A DNA stretch of 64,000 bases from Selaginella moellendorffii (Eukaryota > Plantae > Lycopodiophyta), in assembly GCF_000143415.4 (NCBI RefSeq), contig NW_003314261.1, positions 6,050,822 through 6,114,821 on the forward strand, in the 5' to 3' direction. The notes under the pieces were generated by a model. It did not search any database. It was not told the DNA's origin and saw nothing but the letters and a program-made list of their open reading frames with translations. The translations under genes and the position numbers were made by a program. This document shows positions 1-12,853 of this stretch, piece after piece (the first letter of the stretch is position 1; the number at the start of each line of letters is the position of its first letter).

Positions 1-1491
1 TTGAAAGGAGGTGAAACAAGTAGTAGGAGAATAGAAGCTAGGGCACTAGCAATATTTTCAACTCTAGGTTCATTGCTTCTAGCTTAGGCTTAAACTTGCA
101 ATTCTCCAATAGCTCATGCAGTTGCACAAGCTTCTTCACCAACTCAAGTGACAAATTAGAGAAAAGTTGCAAATATCAATTTCAAGGCTATAACAATAGT
201 GTTGAAAAAACAAGTGTAAGTTTATTCATCTCTTTTTCTATTTAAGCCTTTGAATTGTTACACATTTTAGGTTTCACTTTGTTTTCTAGCAAAGTGTTAT
301 AATGAACTTGAATGAATAGAATGAAGTTGTGTAATAGCTTTTGTACCATAGCAATCATTTTTTGTTTATATTGTATAATATATGTTCATGAACAGCTGAC
401 CAAACCTGCCTCTGGCAGGTTTTGGCTACCAAAACGTGCCAGTCTCAAAGTTAAGTATGTATTATTAACGATAAAAATTTTTTAGGTATTAAACAATATA
501 AAAATTTCATTTACCCTTTGAAATTCACCCTTAGCACGCACCATGAAGAAAACTTGGTTGCATTTTACATTTCAAGTACGGAATTAATTTGCAACCAAGA
601 TGTAATGAGGAGAAAACAACTATTCTTTGCCTAAAAAAGAAGAAAACTTAAGAAATCTTTAAAATTCAAGTATAACATTTAGAATTTTACAACTGAACAC
701 ACTCATCTTTGCTTCTAAAATCTCTCTAGCACTAATGCCATCACCACAATGTGGATCTTTTAAGAATTCCCTAAAACCCCAAGAAAACAAGACTAAAAAG
801 TAAAGAACAAAGGGGAGGATTGTTTAGCAAGCAATCCTCCCAAAGAGAGTTGCCAAATGAGGGGAGCCTCTCAACATGGGGAGAATATATTGAAATCTAT
901 CATCACTTAAATTAAGCTCAATTTCTTCCATGAACTCTTTTAAATCTTAGCAATGGGGGAGAAAGGGGTCATCACTCATCAAAAGTGATGACCATACAGC
1001 CGAGATGCATTTGCTACAGCCTGAATTGACAAGGAAATAAAAAATCTATTACTTAGAGAAGATTATAGGTTTCGATGAGATAGAAAAATCTAAGACCAAA
1101 CAAAAGGTACTAAAGATTAGGGAAGAACTTAAAGATGCATGGGAGTTGAACAGGCTTTTCTTTAGAGAAAAAATACATAGTTGGCTATAGAAAAATAGAT
1201 GGTATTAGGTAAAAATGGAAGCTGAGATGGCAAATACAATTACTATAACAAACTGAGGCTGAGCAAGGAACAAGATAGCCAATTATCCTTTTGAAGGTGA
1301 TGTTGCAGTAATGGAAATGGAACAAATTTTATTTGCTGAATTGTCCACCAAACTATTTTACACATAGGCTTGTGGAGAAGCAAAAAGTTAATCAAGCTTT
1401 ATAATTGAAATTACACCAAGCTTTTGAGTTTGTTAAAGATGCAAAGTATAAGATGGAGGCTTTAATTGATGCAACCTCAAATCTATTGAAA

Positions 1492-1686
<195 letters not shown>

Positions 1687-2427
1687 AATGTGCTACTTCT
1701 TTAGGTACTTTGACATTTTAGCAAATCCAAGATGCCTTATGACATTTTATCAACTTTTCCAATCTAGTGAAATTGATTAATGGCATTGTGATCAATACAA
1801 CAAAATCCAATGAGTTTTGTTTTAGAAAAAAAAAGACTAACATTGTGATAATTCTTTAGATATGTGCTTCTATGCATTCTAGCGAGGCTTTTTATTGTGA
1901 GTCATACATACCTCACAAGTGCACAGTAAGTTTTTCAACTCTAAGACTGCTTCAATATCACCATATGCTCCTGTCCCTTCACTCATTAAATTGTATGCTC
2001 AGGAGTTGTTCGGTGCTCCAATTTTTTATGCTCTTTAGCTATATGCTTAGGAGTTTAGCTCCATATCTTTGTTCAATGGCTTAAAGCTTTGAATTCAAGT
2101 TCCATTATGCTGCCCTTGGCCATATGTTCAAGAGTTATAGTTCCACTCTATGCTTTTTCTATGGTAAATCACCATAGGGTAAAAAGTGAAAATTATGTGT
2201 GCTACAGATTGTAATTGTTCATTTTTAAGGTTTAATAGCTAGGGTTTTAGAAAGGATGTGTAGCAAGAGAAACACACATTAATCATAATATACACTTCAA
2301 TTGCTAGTGATCTAGATAGAAAAAGATAATCAAGATATATCCTAAACTTCTTCTCAATCCCCCCATTTACTACTTCTCTATCTCCCCATTTTTTTGTGGC
2401 TTGTGGCTAGAAACTCATGGCTACTTG

Positions 2428-2795
2428 GTGGTTCGGTGGTGAACCATTCTTTCTAGTGCATCACTTTCTATTGGTTTTTTTTTCCTTTTTTCCTTGAGCC
2501 TTTTTTCAATCTTGAGCTAATAACTCATGTCTTGCAGCAACTTAATACTAAAAAGATCAGTCAGGCAGTGAACTAATCTTTCCAGCACATCACTTTTTGC
2601 TATTTTTTTGTTTTTATTCTTTATTTGGCATTAGAAAGATTGGTTTGGCAGCGAACCAATCTTCCCAGTGCATCATTGGTTTAGCAGCGAATTGATCTTT
2701 CCAACATATCACTTTCTACTCTTCTTTTCATTTTCTTCTCTCTTTTTTTTTCTGATGTTGTTGCTGGAAAGATTGGTTCGTGAGTAAACAGATCT
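2428..2795. repeat. Degenerate dispersed repeats of a palindromic unit (AAGATTGGTT..GCAGCG..AACCAATCTTTCCAG.CATCACTTT), about 5 copies
   Basis: Related units near 2430, 2555, 2635, 2677 and 2765. The best copy has a 10-bp stem, aagattggtt/aaccaatctt. Confidence 0.6.
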
Positions 2796-5372
2796 TTTAT
2801 TTTTGGCTTCTTTATTGTTTTGTTTGTTCTTCAACATTTTTTAAACATTTAGTCAAGAGTTCTTATCTTTTTCATGCAGATACATATATCATGCCACAAC
2901 ATAAGAAGCATGCCAATCAACCTTAATAAACTGTTCTCTAGAAAAATGATTACATTGTTGTGCTAGATTCCCTAGAGAGATTTCACAAGTTCAAGGAGTT
3001 GTTTTGGAAGACGACCATGGTGGGAGTAGTGGTATCTATATCCAGGCAATGCTTAATCTTGATCCAAGTGTAGGCACCCAAGAGCCAAATGTTCATATTA
3101 ACATTGAAGATCCACTTGCTACTATTGGTTCTGGTGAGAGTGTGGAAATGAAGAACTTATTTGTAGCACAAAAGAGCTAGTGATGAGGTATCTAGTGCCA
3201 TAGGTAGTAGAGAGGATGAGGAAGCCGATCTTGATAGAGGAAATGGCAGACATGCTATAAGTGCCAAAGGTAGTAAAAATGACATATGCTAAAGGCTAAT
3301 ATAATCTTGAATGAGTGGATACATAAAACTTGTCCAAGCTTAAGAATGAACTATCAATAGGGTGTTAGGTAAAATGGCTTGGATCTGTAGATTCCACTTT
3401 GCTATCTTTGGGTGCACTCAGCCTATGACTTCAACATGGCTATTTATACCTTTTTCACAAGTTAGATTTAGACACACCACTAGATAATTTATTATGGTAC
3501 GATTTCTTGGAACCAATTGCATAGACATAGTTATTTGAGAGATCAAGAAGACTTGGGATCAAATATAACAAAGGAAATCCAAGGAGTTCAATACTTTGAT
3601 GGCATGCCACAAGAAAACACAAGCCTTTGTAGGCTGGATGTTTTGCATTATGGATGGAAACCACTAGTGGCTAGTGTTTTAGAGATGTATCCAAGAAAAG
3701 TTTCAAGACAACAATAAACAACACATTTGTGTTCTAATGACATTGTAGAATCAAAGGATTGAAATCAAGCTATGAGGCTCAATTTAGCATGTTACAAAAT
3801 TAATATGTAAGAATTCCTTACTAGTTGCTTTTGATCTCACTAACTATATTATAGGCTTAACTAGTTTGCATTTTTAGCACATACCCTAGTCTATGATATC
3901 AAGCATCTTCTATATGTTGGCATCCTCTCTCTTGAGGAAATCTAGATGTGAGCTCCTCAACACTTGACATTGTAATAATGATAAAAGGCTTGAGAACAAG
4001 CTTGAGAATGTGATGAAGGAGAAGTTTTATATCACATAGAGTATTGCAACTGTTCAGGAGTTACTTTGAGCACAGGATACATAATTCTTTACCAATGTAT
4101 ACACTTTCCAAATACATCCAAGCTTCCCTTCAAGAGATTGGGGATGAATGACTTTCTAATGGCAATTTAAGCATCAAGAACTAACAAAGTTAACTATTTT
4201 TCTCACACCATATGATGTATATATATATTGTAAGGTTTTAACTTTTTAATTTAATCATGGCTCCTTTATAAGTATTTGAATAGTTGCTTAGGTGCTTTGG
4301 TGTACATAACAAGTGTTTTTCTCAAGCTCTTAACTGGTAAGAAGAAGCTTGGGATATATAAGCTAAAGTTCCATTGTCCCATTGTATAAGAGTGAGAGTT
4401 TTGTCTATGGTACTTGGAGTTGTGGGGGCAAATGTCATTGTTACCTTTTGGGCTCGATCTCTACCTCAAGTATCATCTAGGTTTGATGAGTAAAACTTTC
4501 TAACACTAATTATTTTTATTATCACCTATTGTGAATTGTCCTAAGAACACCTTGAAATGCACTCTCCTTCTCCAATGCAAAAAACGCACAGCCAATCTCT
4601 TTAATTGCTAATATTATTAAACCAAAACCCTCTATAACATCAAGCACATTCCCTTAGGACAAAACAATTGTAGGAGGATTTGCATGGCCTTTAGTAAATA
4701 GTGTTGATAGCTAAGGACTTTGGGCGAATGTCCTTATTGATGATATTTGGGATGATGTCTGTTAAGCTATTATATCCTGGCAATGCTAAATTTGCACACT
4801 TATCAACTCATGTACTGCTATGATGGCAAGAGTAGTGGCAAAGAACATAGTAGTTCCATACTAAAACCTACAATGAAAACAAAGAAGTAATTAATTTAAA
4901 ATATGAGAAATAAAGAAAAGCAATCCTTTTGGATTTAGCCACTAGCACCTTTTATTTCGACTAGGATGTTTGAGAGTAGGCAACCTAATACAACCTCAAC
5001 CAATCTAGAATCATCATTCTCCATAAGAAAACCTCCCTAGAATAAAGAATGGGGAAGAATGACCAGCATGATGCCCTTGTATTGTAATATTTTGGATGCC
5101 ACATCCATTTTTTAAGAAATATAGTTCAATTGAAGGAAGTTTTAGGTGTGAGACACAAATCCTTGAGCCCCAAAGTGGAGCCGAAAGAGTGCCACATGGT
5201 AGTGGCTAAAGCAAAAGCCAAACAAGTATAACACGTTTGGATTAAAAACTCTGACTTGAAAAGTCAAGAGCAGGAATAGAACTCCTAATGGAGTGCTCAA
5301 GGAACGAACACGAGGCAAGAGTCTCTAGAAAAGGGACATTAGAGGACCAATACGTGACACATGGAGGAGTCT

Positions 5373-5818
5373 AAGATGGACTTGAGATGGAGTCTGAGAT
5401 GGACTTGAGATGGAGTCCAAGATGGACTAAGATGGACTTGACATGAAGTTCAAGATAGAGTTTGAGATGGACCTGAGGTGGACCCGAGATGAAGTCCGAG
5501 ATGGACTCGAGATGGACCCAAGATGGAGTCCAAGATGGACCCGAGATGGAGTCCGAGATGGACCGAGATGGAGTCTGAGAGGGATCTGAGATGGAATCTG
5601 AGATGGATCCGAGATGGACCTAAGATGGAGTCCGAGATGGATCCGAGATGGAATCCGAGATGAGACCGAGACCGAGACCGAGACCGAGACTGAGACCGAG
5701 ACCGAGACCGAGTTCGAGTTTAAGACTGAGACTAAGATTGAGTTCAAGTTCAAGACTGAGACCGAGTCCGAGTCCAAGTCTAAGGCAAAGTTCAAGTCTT
5801 AGTTCAAGTCCGAGTCCA
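5373..5818. repeat. Tandem array of about 10-11 bp units (GAGATGGACCC/GAGATGGAGTCC) grading into GAGACC/GAGTTC hexamers
   Basis: Periodic sequence directly visible next to an assembly gap. Confidence 0.9.
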
Positions 5819-5953
5819 AATACTAATACAGGCTATTGGGGAAAGCCCAAAGCAATTGTCCTTCGGGGGGGGGAGGACGGGGGTTGCAGGGGGTTCCAAA
5901 AGTATAGTAAGGAGAGTGTTGGGGTTGGACTCTAGTGGAACCAGTTTGGCTAG

Positions 5954-6925
5954 NNNNNNNNNNNNNNNNNNNNNNNNNNNNNNNNNNNNNNNNNNNNNNN
6001 NNNNNNNNNNNNNNNNNNNNNNNNNNNNNNNNNNNNNNNNNNNNNNNNNNNNNNNNNNNNNNNNNNNNNNNNNNNNNNNNNNNNNNNNNNNNNNNNNNNN
6101 NNNNNNNNNNNNNNNNNNNNNNNNNNNNNNNNNNNNNNNNNNNNNNNNNNNNNNNNNNNNNNNNNNNNNNNNNNNNNNNNNNNNNNNNNNNNNNNNNNNN
6201 NNNNNNNNNNNNNNNNNNNNNNNNNNNNNNNNNNNNNNNNNNNNNNNNNNNNNNNNNNNNNNNNNNNNNNNNNNNNNNNNNNNNNNNNNNNNNNNNNNNN
6301 NNNNNNNNNNNNNNNNNNNNNNNNNNNNNNNNNNNNNNNNNNNNNNNNNNNNNNNNNNNNNNNNNNNNNNNNNNNNNNNNNNNNNNNNNNNNNNNNNNNN
6401 NNNNNNNNNNNNNNNNNNNNNNNNNNNNNNNNNNNNNNNNNNNNNNNNNNNNNNNNNNNNNNNNNNNNNNNNNNNNNNNNNNNNNNNNNNNNNNNNNNNN
6501 NNNNNNNNNNNNNNNNNNNNNNNNNNNNNNNNNNNNNNNNNNNNNNNNNNNNNNNNNNNNNNNNNNNNNNNNNNNNNNNNNNNNNNNNNNNNNNNNNNNN
6601 NNNNNNNNNNNNNNNNNNNNNNNNNNNNNNNNNNNNNNNNNNNNNNNNNNNNNNNNNNNNNNNNNNNNNNNNNNNNNNNNNNNNNNNNNNNNNNNNNNNN
6701 NNNNNNNNNNNNNNNNNNNNNNNNNNNNNNNNNNNNNNNNNNNNNNNNNNNNNNNNNNNNNNNNNNNNNNNNNNNNNNNNNNNNNNNNNNNNNNNNNNNN
6801 NNNNNNNNNNNNNNNNNNNNNNNNNNNNNNNNNNNNNNNNNNNNNNNNNNNNNNNNNNNNNNNNNNNNNNNNNNNNNNNNNNNNNNNNNNNNNNNNNNNN
6901 NNNNNNNNNNNNNNNNNNNNNNNNN
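5954..6925. other. Assembly gap (N run)
   Basis: Ns. Confidence 1.
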
Positions 6926-9900
6926 ATGAGCCATTTCTAGCTCCCCTGAGAGATCAAATGGTAGATGCTCCCAATCCAAATGTGAGTAACACTACCTACT
7001 TGGATACCTAGTGTGGCTTATTAAAACCTCACTCTAGCCACCTGACTAGGGCACCCAAAGGCAGATGGTGGGAAGAGTACCCATAAGGCTCGCTTAGGGC
7101 TACAATATTTTGAAATGTTGTCCCAAAGTCCCAGACTAAGGAAATGAGGAGGAATAGTCCTTTTGTGTGGGGACCAAGGACCAAGGATACGGTCATGTGG
7201 CAAGGAAGTCCCAAAGGCCAGTGGGGCATAATGGTCGGGCCTGTGAACCTCGACCCAGTGGCAATATTGATGAACATGGCTGTGGATGAAAAGGGACTTG
7301 GTGGGGACCGAAAAAGGGATATTAGAGAAGGTTATTCCCCATGTTTACGAGCATCCTGAGGATGCTAAGGAGTGGATTTAGGATGATCATTCATGGACGG
7401 ATGGCCTAATTTTTGACAAAAGTGAATGGGTATAGCTTTAGTGTAATAGGCTGATTTATCAATGGGACCTTTGGGTATCAGTCATGGGATCAAACATGTG
7501 GAACATTTGGATCAAGTGCAATGGTTGAGTGGCATAGATGCCATTCTTGGGGCTAGTAAGTTCCTTTCGGAATAGAACTTATAGAGGTTATAAGTGAGAC
7601 TTCTCTAAGTGGTTGGAAGTGTGGTTAAGTGACTAAAGTAGAATGGAAAATTTAGTCGCTTACATTATGATGGAGTGTGTTGTAGAGGTGGCAACTTGTC
7701 GAGTAAATTTAAGAATATAAAGTCAACGTTAAAGGTAATGGTGAAGAACCTAATTCCTAACTTGCATCCATCTATAGAATATAAAAGACTTCTAACTTAC
7801 ATCATTGCAAAGCTAAAAGTAATCCAATAACTATTTCTACATTGCCAATACTTGAGGGGATCAATCACATAGTAGCAAGGAGAGGACTTCCAGGCAGCAA
7901 CAACATCACCATTACTAGAGATTGCACATTCCTCCTCAATTCACCACACTATGGGATCCAAGACAATACATCTCTAGAGGCTTTTTATATCTTTGGGAAA
8001 CTGTAGGCACTATACAAATGGAGATCAAGGGTGGTGTACCTCCACTAATCTCACAATCGACACAAGTTCTTCACATTGCAATCACATGGGAGAGATGAGG
8101 TTGGGGATCATGGATAAGGCGCAAAGTTCACCACCATTATGGATAGGGAGCATGTGTTTATGGGGTGAGTGGCACGAATCTAGGTTGCACAGAACCAAAC
8201 TCTAGTTCCTTGGTCTGATTTGCATAGAACCAAACTCTAGTTCCAGGGATCCCCCCTTCATCACCACCCCCCCCCCCATATGCTCTTTTCCGGTTTAGAG
8301 CATGTCGAAATTGGACCTCTATGGTTTTTAAGAGGATAAATATGAAAAACCCCATTAGACATTGCCAACACTTTTTGTTGGCAAAAAAAACTAAAAAATA
8401 TTTGATAATGCATGTTTTTTTTTCATATCTATTTATGTGAAGCTGACAAAGATAGCTCTTGGAGTTCATCCTTTATAACAATGGGGAGGGATGGAAAGAA
8501 TGCATTTATATATTAGTGTATAGAGTGTTGGTTGGTTTCTCCAACTTCTACATTTGAATTACAATATTATAATTACAATTTATTTCTCTTCGGTCTACTT
8601 AATAGGACCTTTGTAGCACATATGGTTTTTACCTTTTATCTTATGGTGATTTATCATAGGATAACCACAAAGCGGAACCTAAACCACTATGTGCCATATA
8701 TCATATGCCACATGCCATGTGTTGAAGGATAATGGAGCAAAACCCAAATTTCAAGGCCTTGGGCCACTGAATGAAGGTATGAAGCCAAACTCCCAAGCTT
8801 GTAGCCAGGGAGTGAAAGAACTAGAGCATGGAGCAACTCTTAAGCATTTAGCCCAAAGAGTGAAGGGACATGAGTATGAAGTGACGTAAGAATAATTCTA
8901 AAGCATTCAGTATGCCAATGCTAGGATTAGCATGCAAACAAAGCCAAATAGAGCCTAGTGCTATTTCAACATATTGGTGGCCTAACGCAAGGATATGGGT
9001 ATTCCACCAGTTAACATGGTATGAAACCTAGGATTAGACTTAAGCCGAATGCAAAACAAAAATAGGCACACAAGCATGAGTTAGACTATGCCTCAGATTG
9101 GTCAGCTATATCTAACCTACCCACTATCCCTATTATATATTTGGAACCCCCCACATATTGTATTCAAGACAATCTTTACATTCCTCCACATTAGAAAATT
9201 TAAACACTTTCCATAAATAATAATTGGGTCCGAATAGGACTAACATAAAGGGTATGATAGCAAAAGTGTTTGGTAGACATAATAAGTTATCATCTAGCAA
9301 ATATTGAAGGACCAATCTCAACATCTCAAAGGTTTTTACCAAGCTAGTGTAGGACAAAGCAAAAGAGAACTAACAAGTCAGGCCAAGTATGCTTGGCTAA
9401 ATAGACACTTAGGAATTCCTTCTTTATGTTCGTTTGGCCAAATACAGATGCTAAGTCAAGTTTATTAACACTTGAACAAAAGGGACTGATAAAGAGTCTA
9501 ACAATACCAACCTCCTGTCGTTGTGGCAGTAAGGAAAAAATATTTGAAAGGATTAGCTGACAAGTAACTTTTAATACTTATAATCACATTTGCGACAAAC
9601 TTATTCAATATGAATCTCCTCTTTGTCTTGAGGCATCTGTCCAGAAGTGCCTTTACAATAAAGTAAAAACATGTGTGTATATTAAGTGGATTGATGATAT
9701 GGGCTATAACTTGCCATGCTATGTAGAAGCAATTGCACTCATATACAACAAGAGCCTATAGTGATAGAGTATTATATTATAAGAACTTTGTAAGCAATTA
9801 AAGAAAACGGCTTGAGAAATAATCCATAAGGTAACTCATATACAAAGGGAAAAAGCTTATAAACAAGAGTGCAATCAGTTAAAGGTTTTGGGATAGTTAA

Positions 9901-12853
9901 GGTTAAATGTCCATAGGTTTGAATATTATTAAGCTAGGAAGTCTAAATTCAAGAGCTTACAAACTCCTCCTTTAGATGTGGATTATGAGGAAGATTAAAT
10001 TTAGTTCTTTTTTCCTACTCAATTTTTATAGTGAATTTCTTCTTTAACTTATGATATTTAGTTTCTTATTGGATTTATATTATTTAATTTCTTCTTGGAT
10101 TGAAGATAAGTCTTAAATTTTGAATGGAATTGTTGGTTTATCCCAAACCAATCATTTGAACATCAAATTTTGTATTTGGTGAACTATAGTGACATCTATT
10201 AACTTGAGCTCAGCTTGTGAGCTAAGCTCAAAAACTACCCAGCCCCTCCAACAAACAACCATTGAAAGATCACCTACCCTTTGATGCAGCTTGAACCCAT
10301 GGCATACAAGTTCAAAAAGAATGGCTAGATCTTGAATATAAATAATGGATGATGAAAATTGAGATGATAGAAAGAAATGGAAAATGGAAAGAGATATAAG
10401 AATGAAGTATAAAGTTTTAAAACATGCTGAAAAAACTAATAAGGGGAAAACTGTAGGGTTAAATCAAAATTTAGAACCAAGAAAATGAAGAACAAAAGAG
10501 ATAAAAAAGTTAAAGAAAATAAGTAAGCTAAGGAAGAGAGTCTTAAACCTAGATCCCAGCCTCAGAATATGTATAATGGTAAATACTTTTATATCCCAAA
10601 ATCAACTCAAAGTTCAAGTGGAAGAGAAGAGAAACAGAGAGAATCTGTTGCTTGAGAATGTGAGTGGATGAATGGATGGTGGGAGAAAAACTATTATTTG
10701 GTCAATTGCTAGAACCTTTGAGGAGTCTCTAGAGATAACCAACTACATATCTCGTATTGATGATAGAATTGGTCTAGCAACTCAAGTTTTGGTCATAACA
10801 CTCACTTCAGAGGTGGTACAAAACTAAAACCAAAGACTAAAATCTATGCTAACGCCATCACAAGTTATAGAACAGCCAAGAGCTGATACCCCCTCTACCA
10901 CAAAAATGTGCCTCTAAGTAGTATGTAGAGCATATTGTCAACATATGTCCAGCCTACACTTCACTTGGTGAGTCTATGTATATTCCTGGATATATTCAGA
11001 GATTATTCCATATGTTTAGAGCAGATTAATTATTGAAATACACATTTTCCAATGTGTTTCTGATGGAATCTTGAATGTGCAACAAGGTTGCAAAATCCCT
11101 TACAATTGATCCAACCATGGTAGAATATCTCACTTTCATGTGAGGCATTATATGGAGTATAGTACAAATCAAAAGATCCATGGTAATTTCAAGTTAAGTA
11201 TTTCCTCTTTAGCCTTTGATCTTGTATTTTTTAGATCTTTTTTTTTTTAATTCCAACAATTATTAGATCAGGCTTTTTGGTTGCATGAATCCTAGATTTA
11301 ATTAATTCTAGAACTTTTGACTATCTTTTACTTGTTTTTATGTGAGAGATGCAATTTAATCTTTTCTTATAATCCAGTTAAGAGTTGAGGCAAAGAAGTA
11401 TAATGACTATTGACAACCTCTTATTTGCTTTAGATTTACCATTAGTTTTCCCCGAAATGATCATCTTTAACATATCAATGCCACCCTAACGTGCCATCAT
11501 TTTTTACTCTGAGACCATTTTTCCACTCCAATCATCTTTCACAAAAAAATTCCATCTTCATGTATCCCATCCCATTCCCCTCTTACCACATTTATGTTTA
11601 CCACCTTTTTCAATAATCCTTTTTCTAAGAACTCTTCAAATCACAATACTAGAAAATCCATTTTTTAAGGTTTTAGGTCTTAGTTGAAGCTAAGTATCAT
11701 GGCAAATTACAATATCATCAACAATCTAACTGGACAAGGTTTTTGGAATAATTCTCTATGTTGACTCAATTTTTCAAAACTTAGTGAAGGTCAACCAATC
11801 AGAAGTTACAATTGAAAGTCTATAAATGTTTGATGTCAAGGAGTTCATGTTTACTAGGCAAAATGCATTTGGCTCTTTGGCATATGGTGAGGTGGAAAAG
11901 TCTTTCTTTCAGCCAACTTTAACTTTTAGAGGAGATGTATTCTCTTGTCTATTAACTTGTCATTTTCAGGAATCTTTTTCTTCTTTAGCATCAATAGCAA
12001 TATTTTTGCCAATGGTTTTAGTACCAAACGTTCATGGTGTCTTTTAGAAGACTCCTTTACACATTTTTCACCTACTAGCTAAGATATTAAATTGTAAGCA
12101 ACCAACTTGAAAAACAAAACTTAATTTCCTATTGGGGTTTAAATATAAAAGAAAAAGACATATGAATAAAAATGCATTCTTTTTCCAATTCATTAAGTGT
12201 ATTAAAATATTTGAGGTTAAGCATATCTAATCTTGGAATAGTATTGGCTACATGATTTTCTTGGGAAGTCTAAATTCAAAATTTTACATTTGGTTTTAAA
12301 GAAATCTCAAGTCTGATTATTATGACACTATAGTTGGGTTAAACATTTTTTCAATATTCAATTTACTCATTTAGATGGTTCTTTAAAGTTTTAGCTAAAA
12401 TTCATTATCATTTAGAAGTTATAGCTACAACTAAATTAGCCCAATTAGTTTAGTTGGCATCCAGGTCCTTTTTATAGAGCTCTTAGCAAATAATAGCTTT
12501 TTGTGTTGCTAATCTGCTGAATTTTATAATCTATCTACATTGCTTCATACACTACTTATCATCAACTTAAATGGTCTACAACAAGTATAAATTGGCTCAC
12601 TGTGAATTTTGTTGCATCCTAAACTTCAGAACACCACAGTCATGCCTCTTACTTCCAGATACAATACAAATGGGACTTTAATTTATATTTATACTATAGA
12701 TGGTACTAAGGACCAGAGTGAATGAGGTGAATCCCATGCTTCTTACAACAAACCTATATATCTCAAACTGCCCGGTTGGGTAAATTGTATATGCTAAACT
12801 GTTGATTTATTTTAGATTGGATTTAGATTTTTATATTACAAACAACCACATTA

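Noticed and set aside
5373-5818. Possible CRISPR-like array or repeat protein
   Set aside because: Contiguous tandem units with no unique spacers, eukaryotic context, no cas genes; the ORFs are repeat artefacts.
5804-7011. Long ORFs of 357-391 aa
   Set aside because: They span an N gap.
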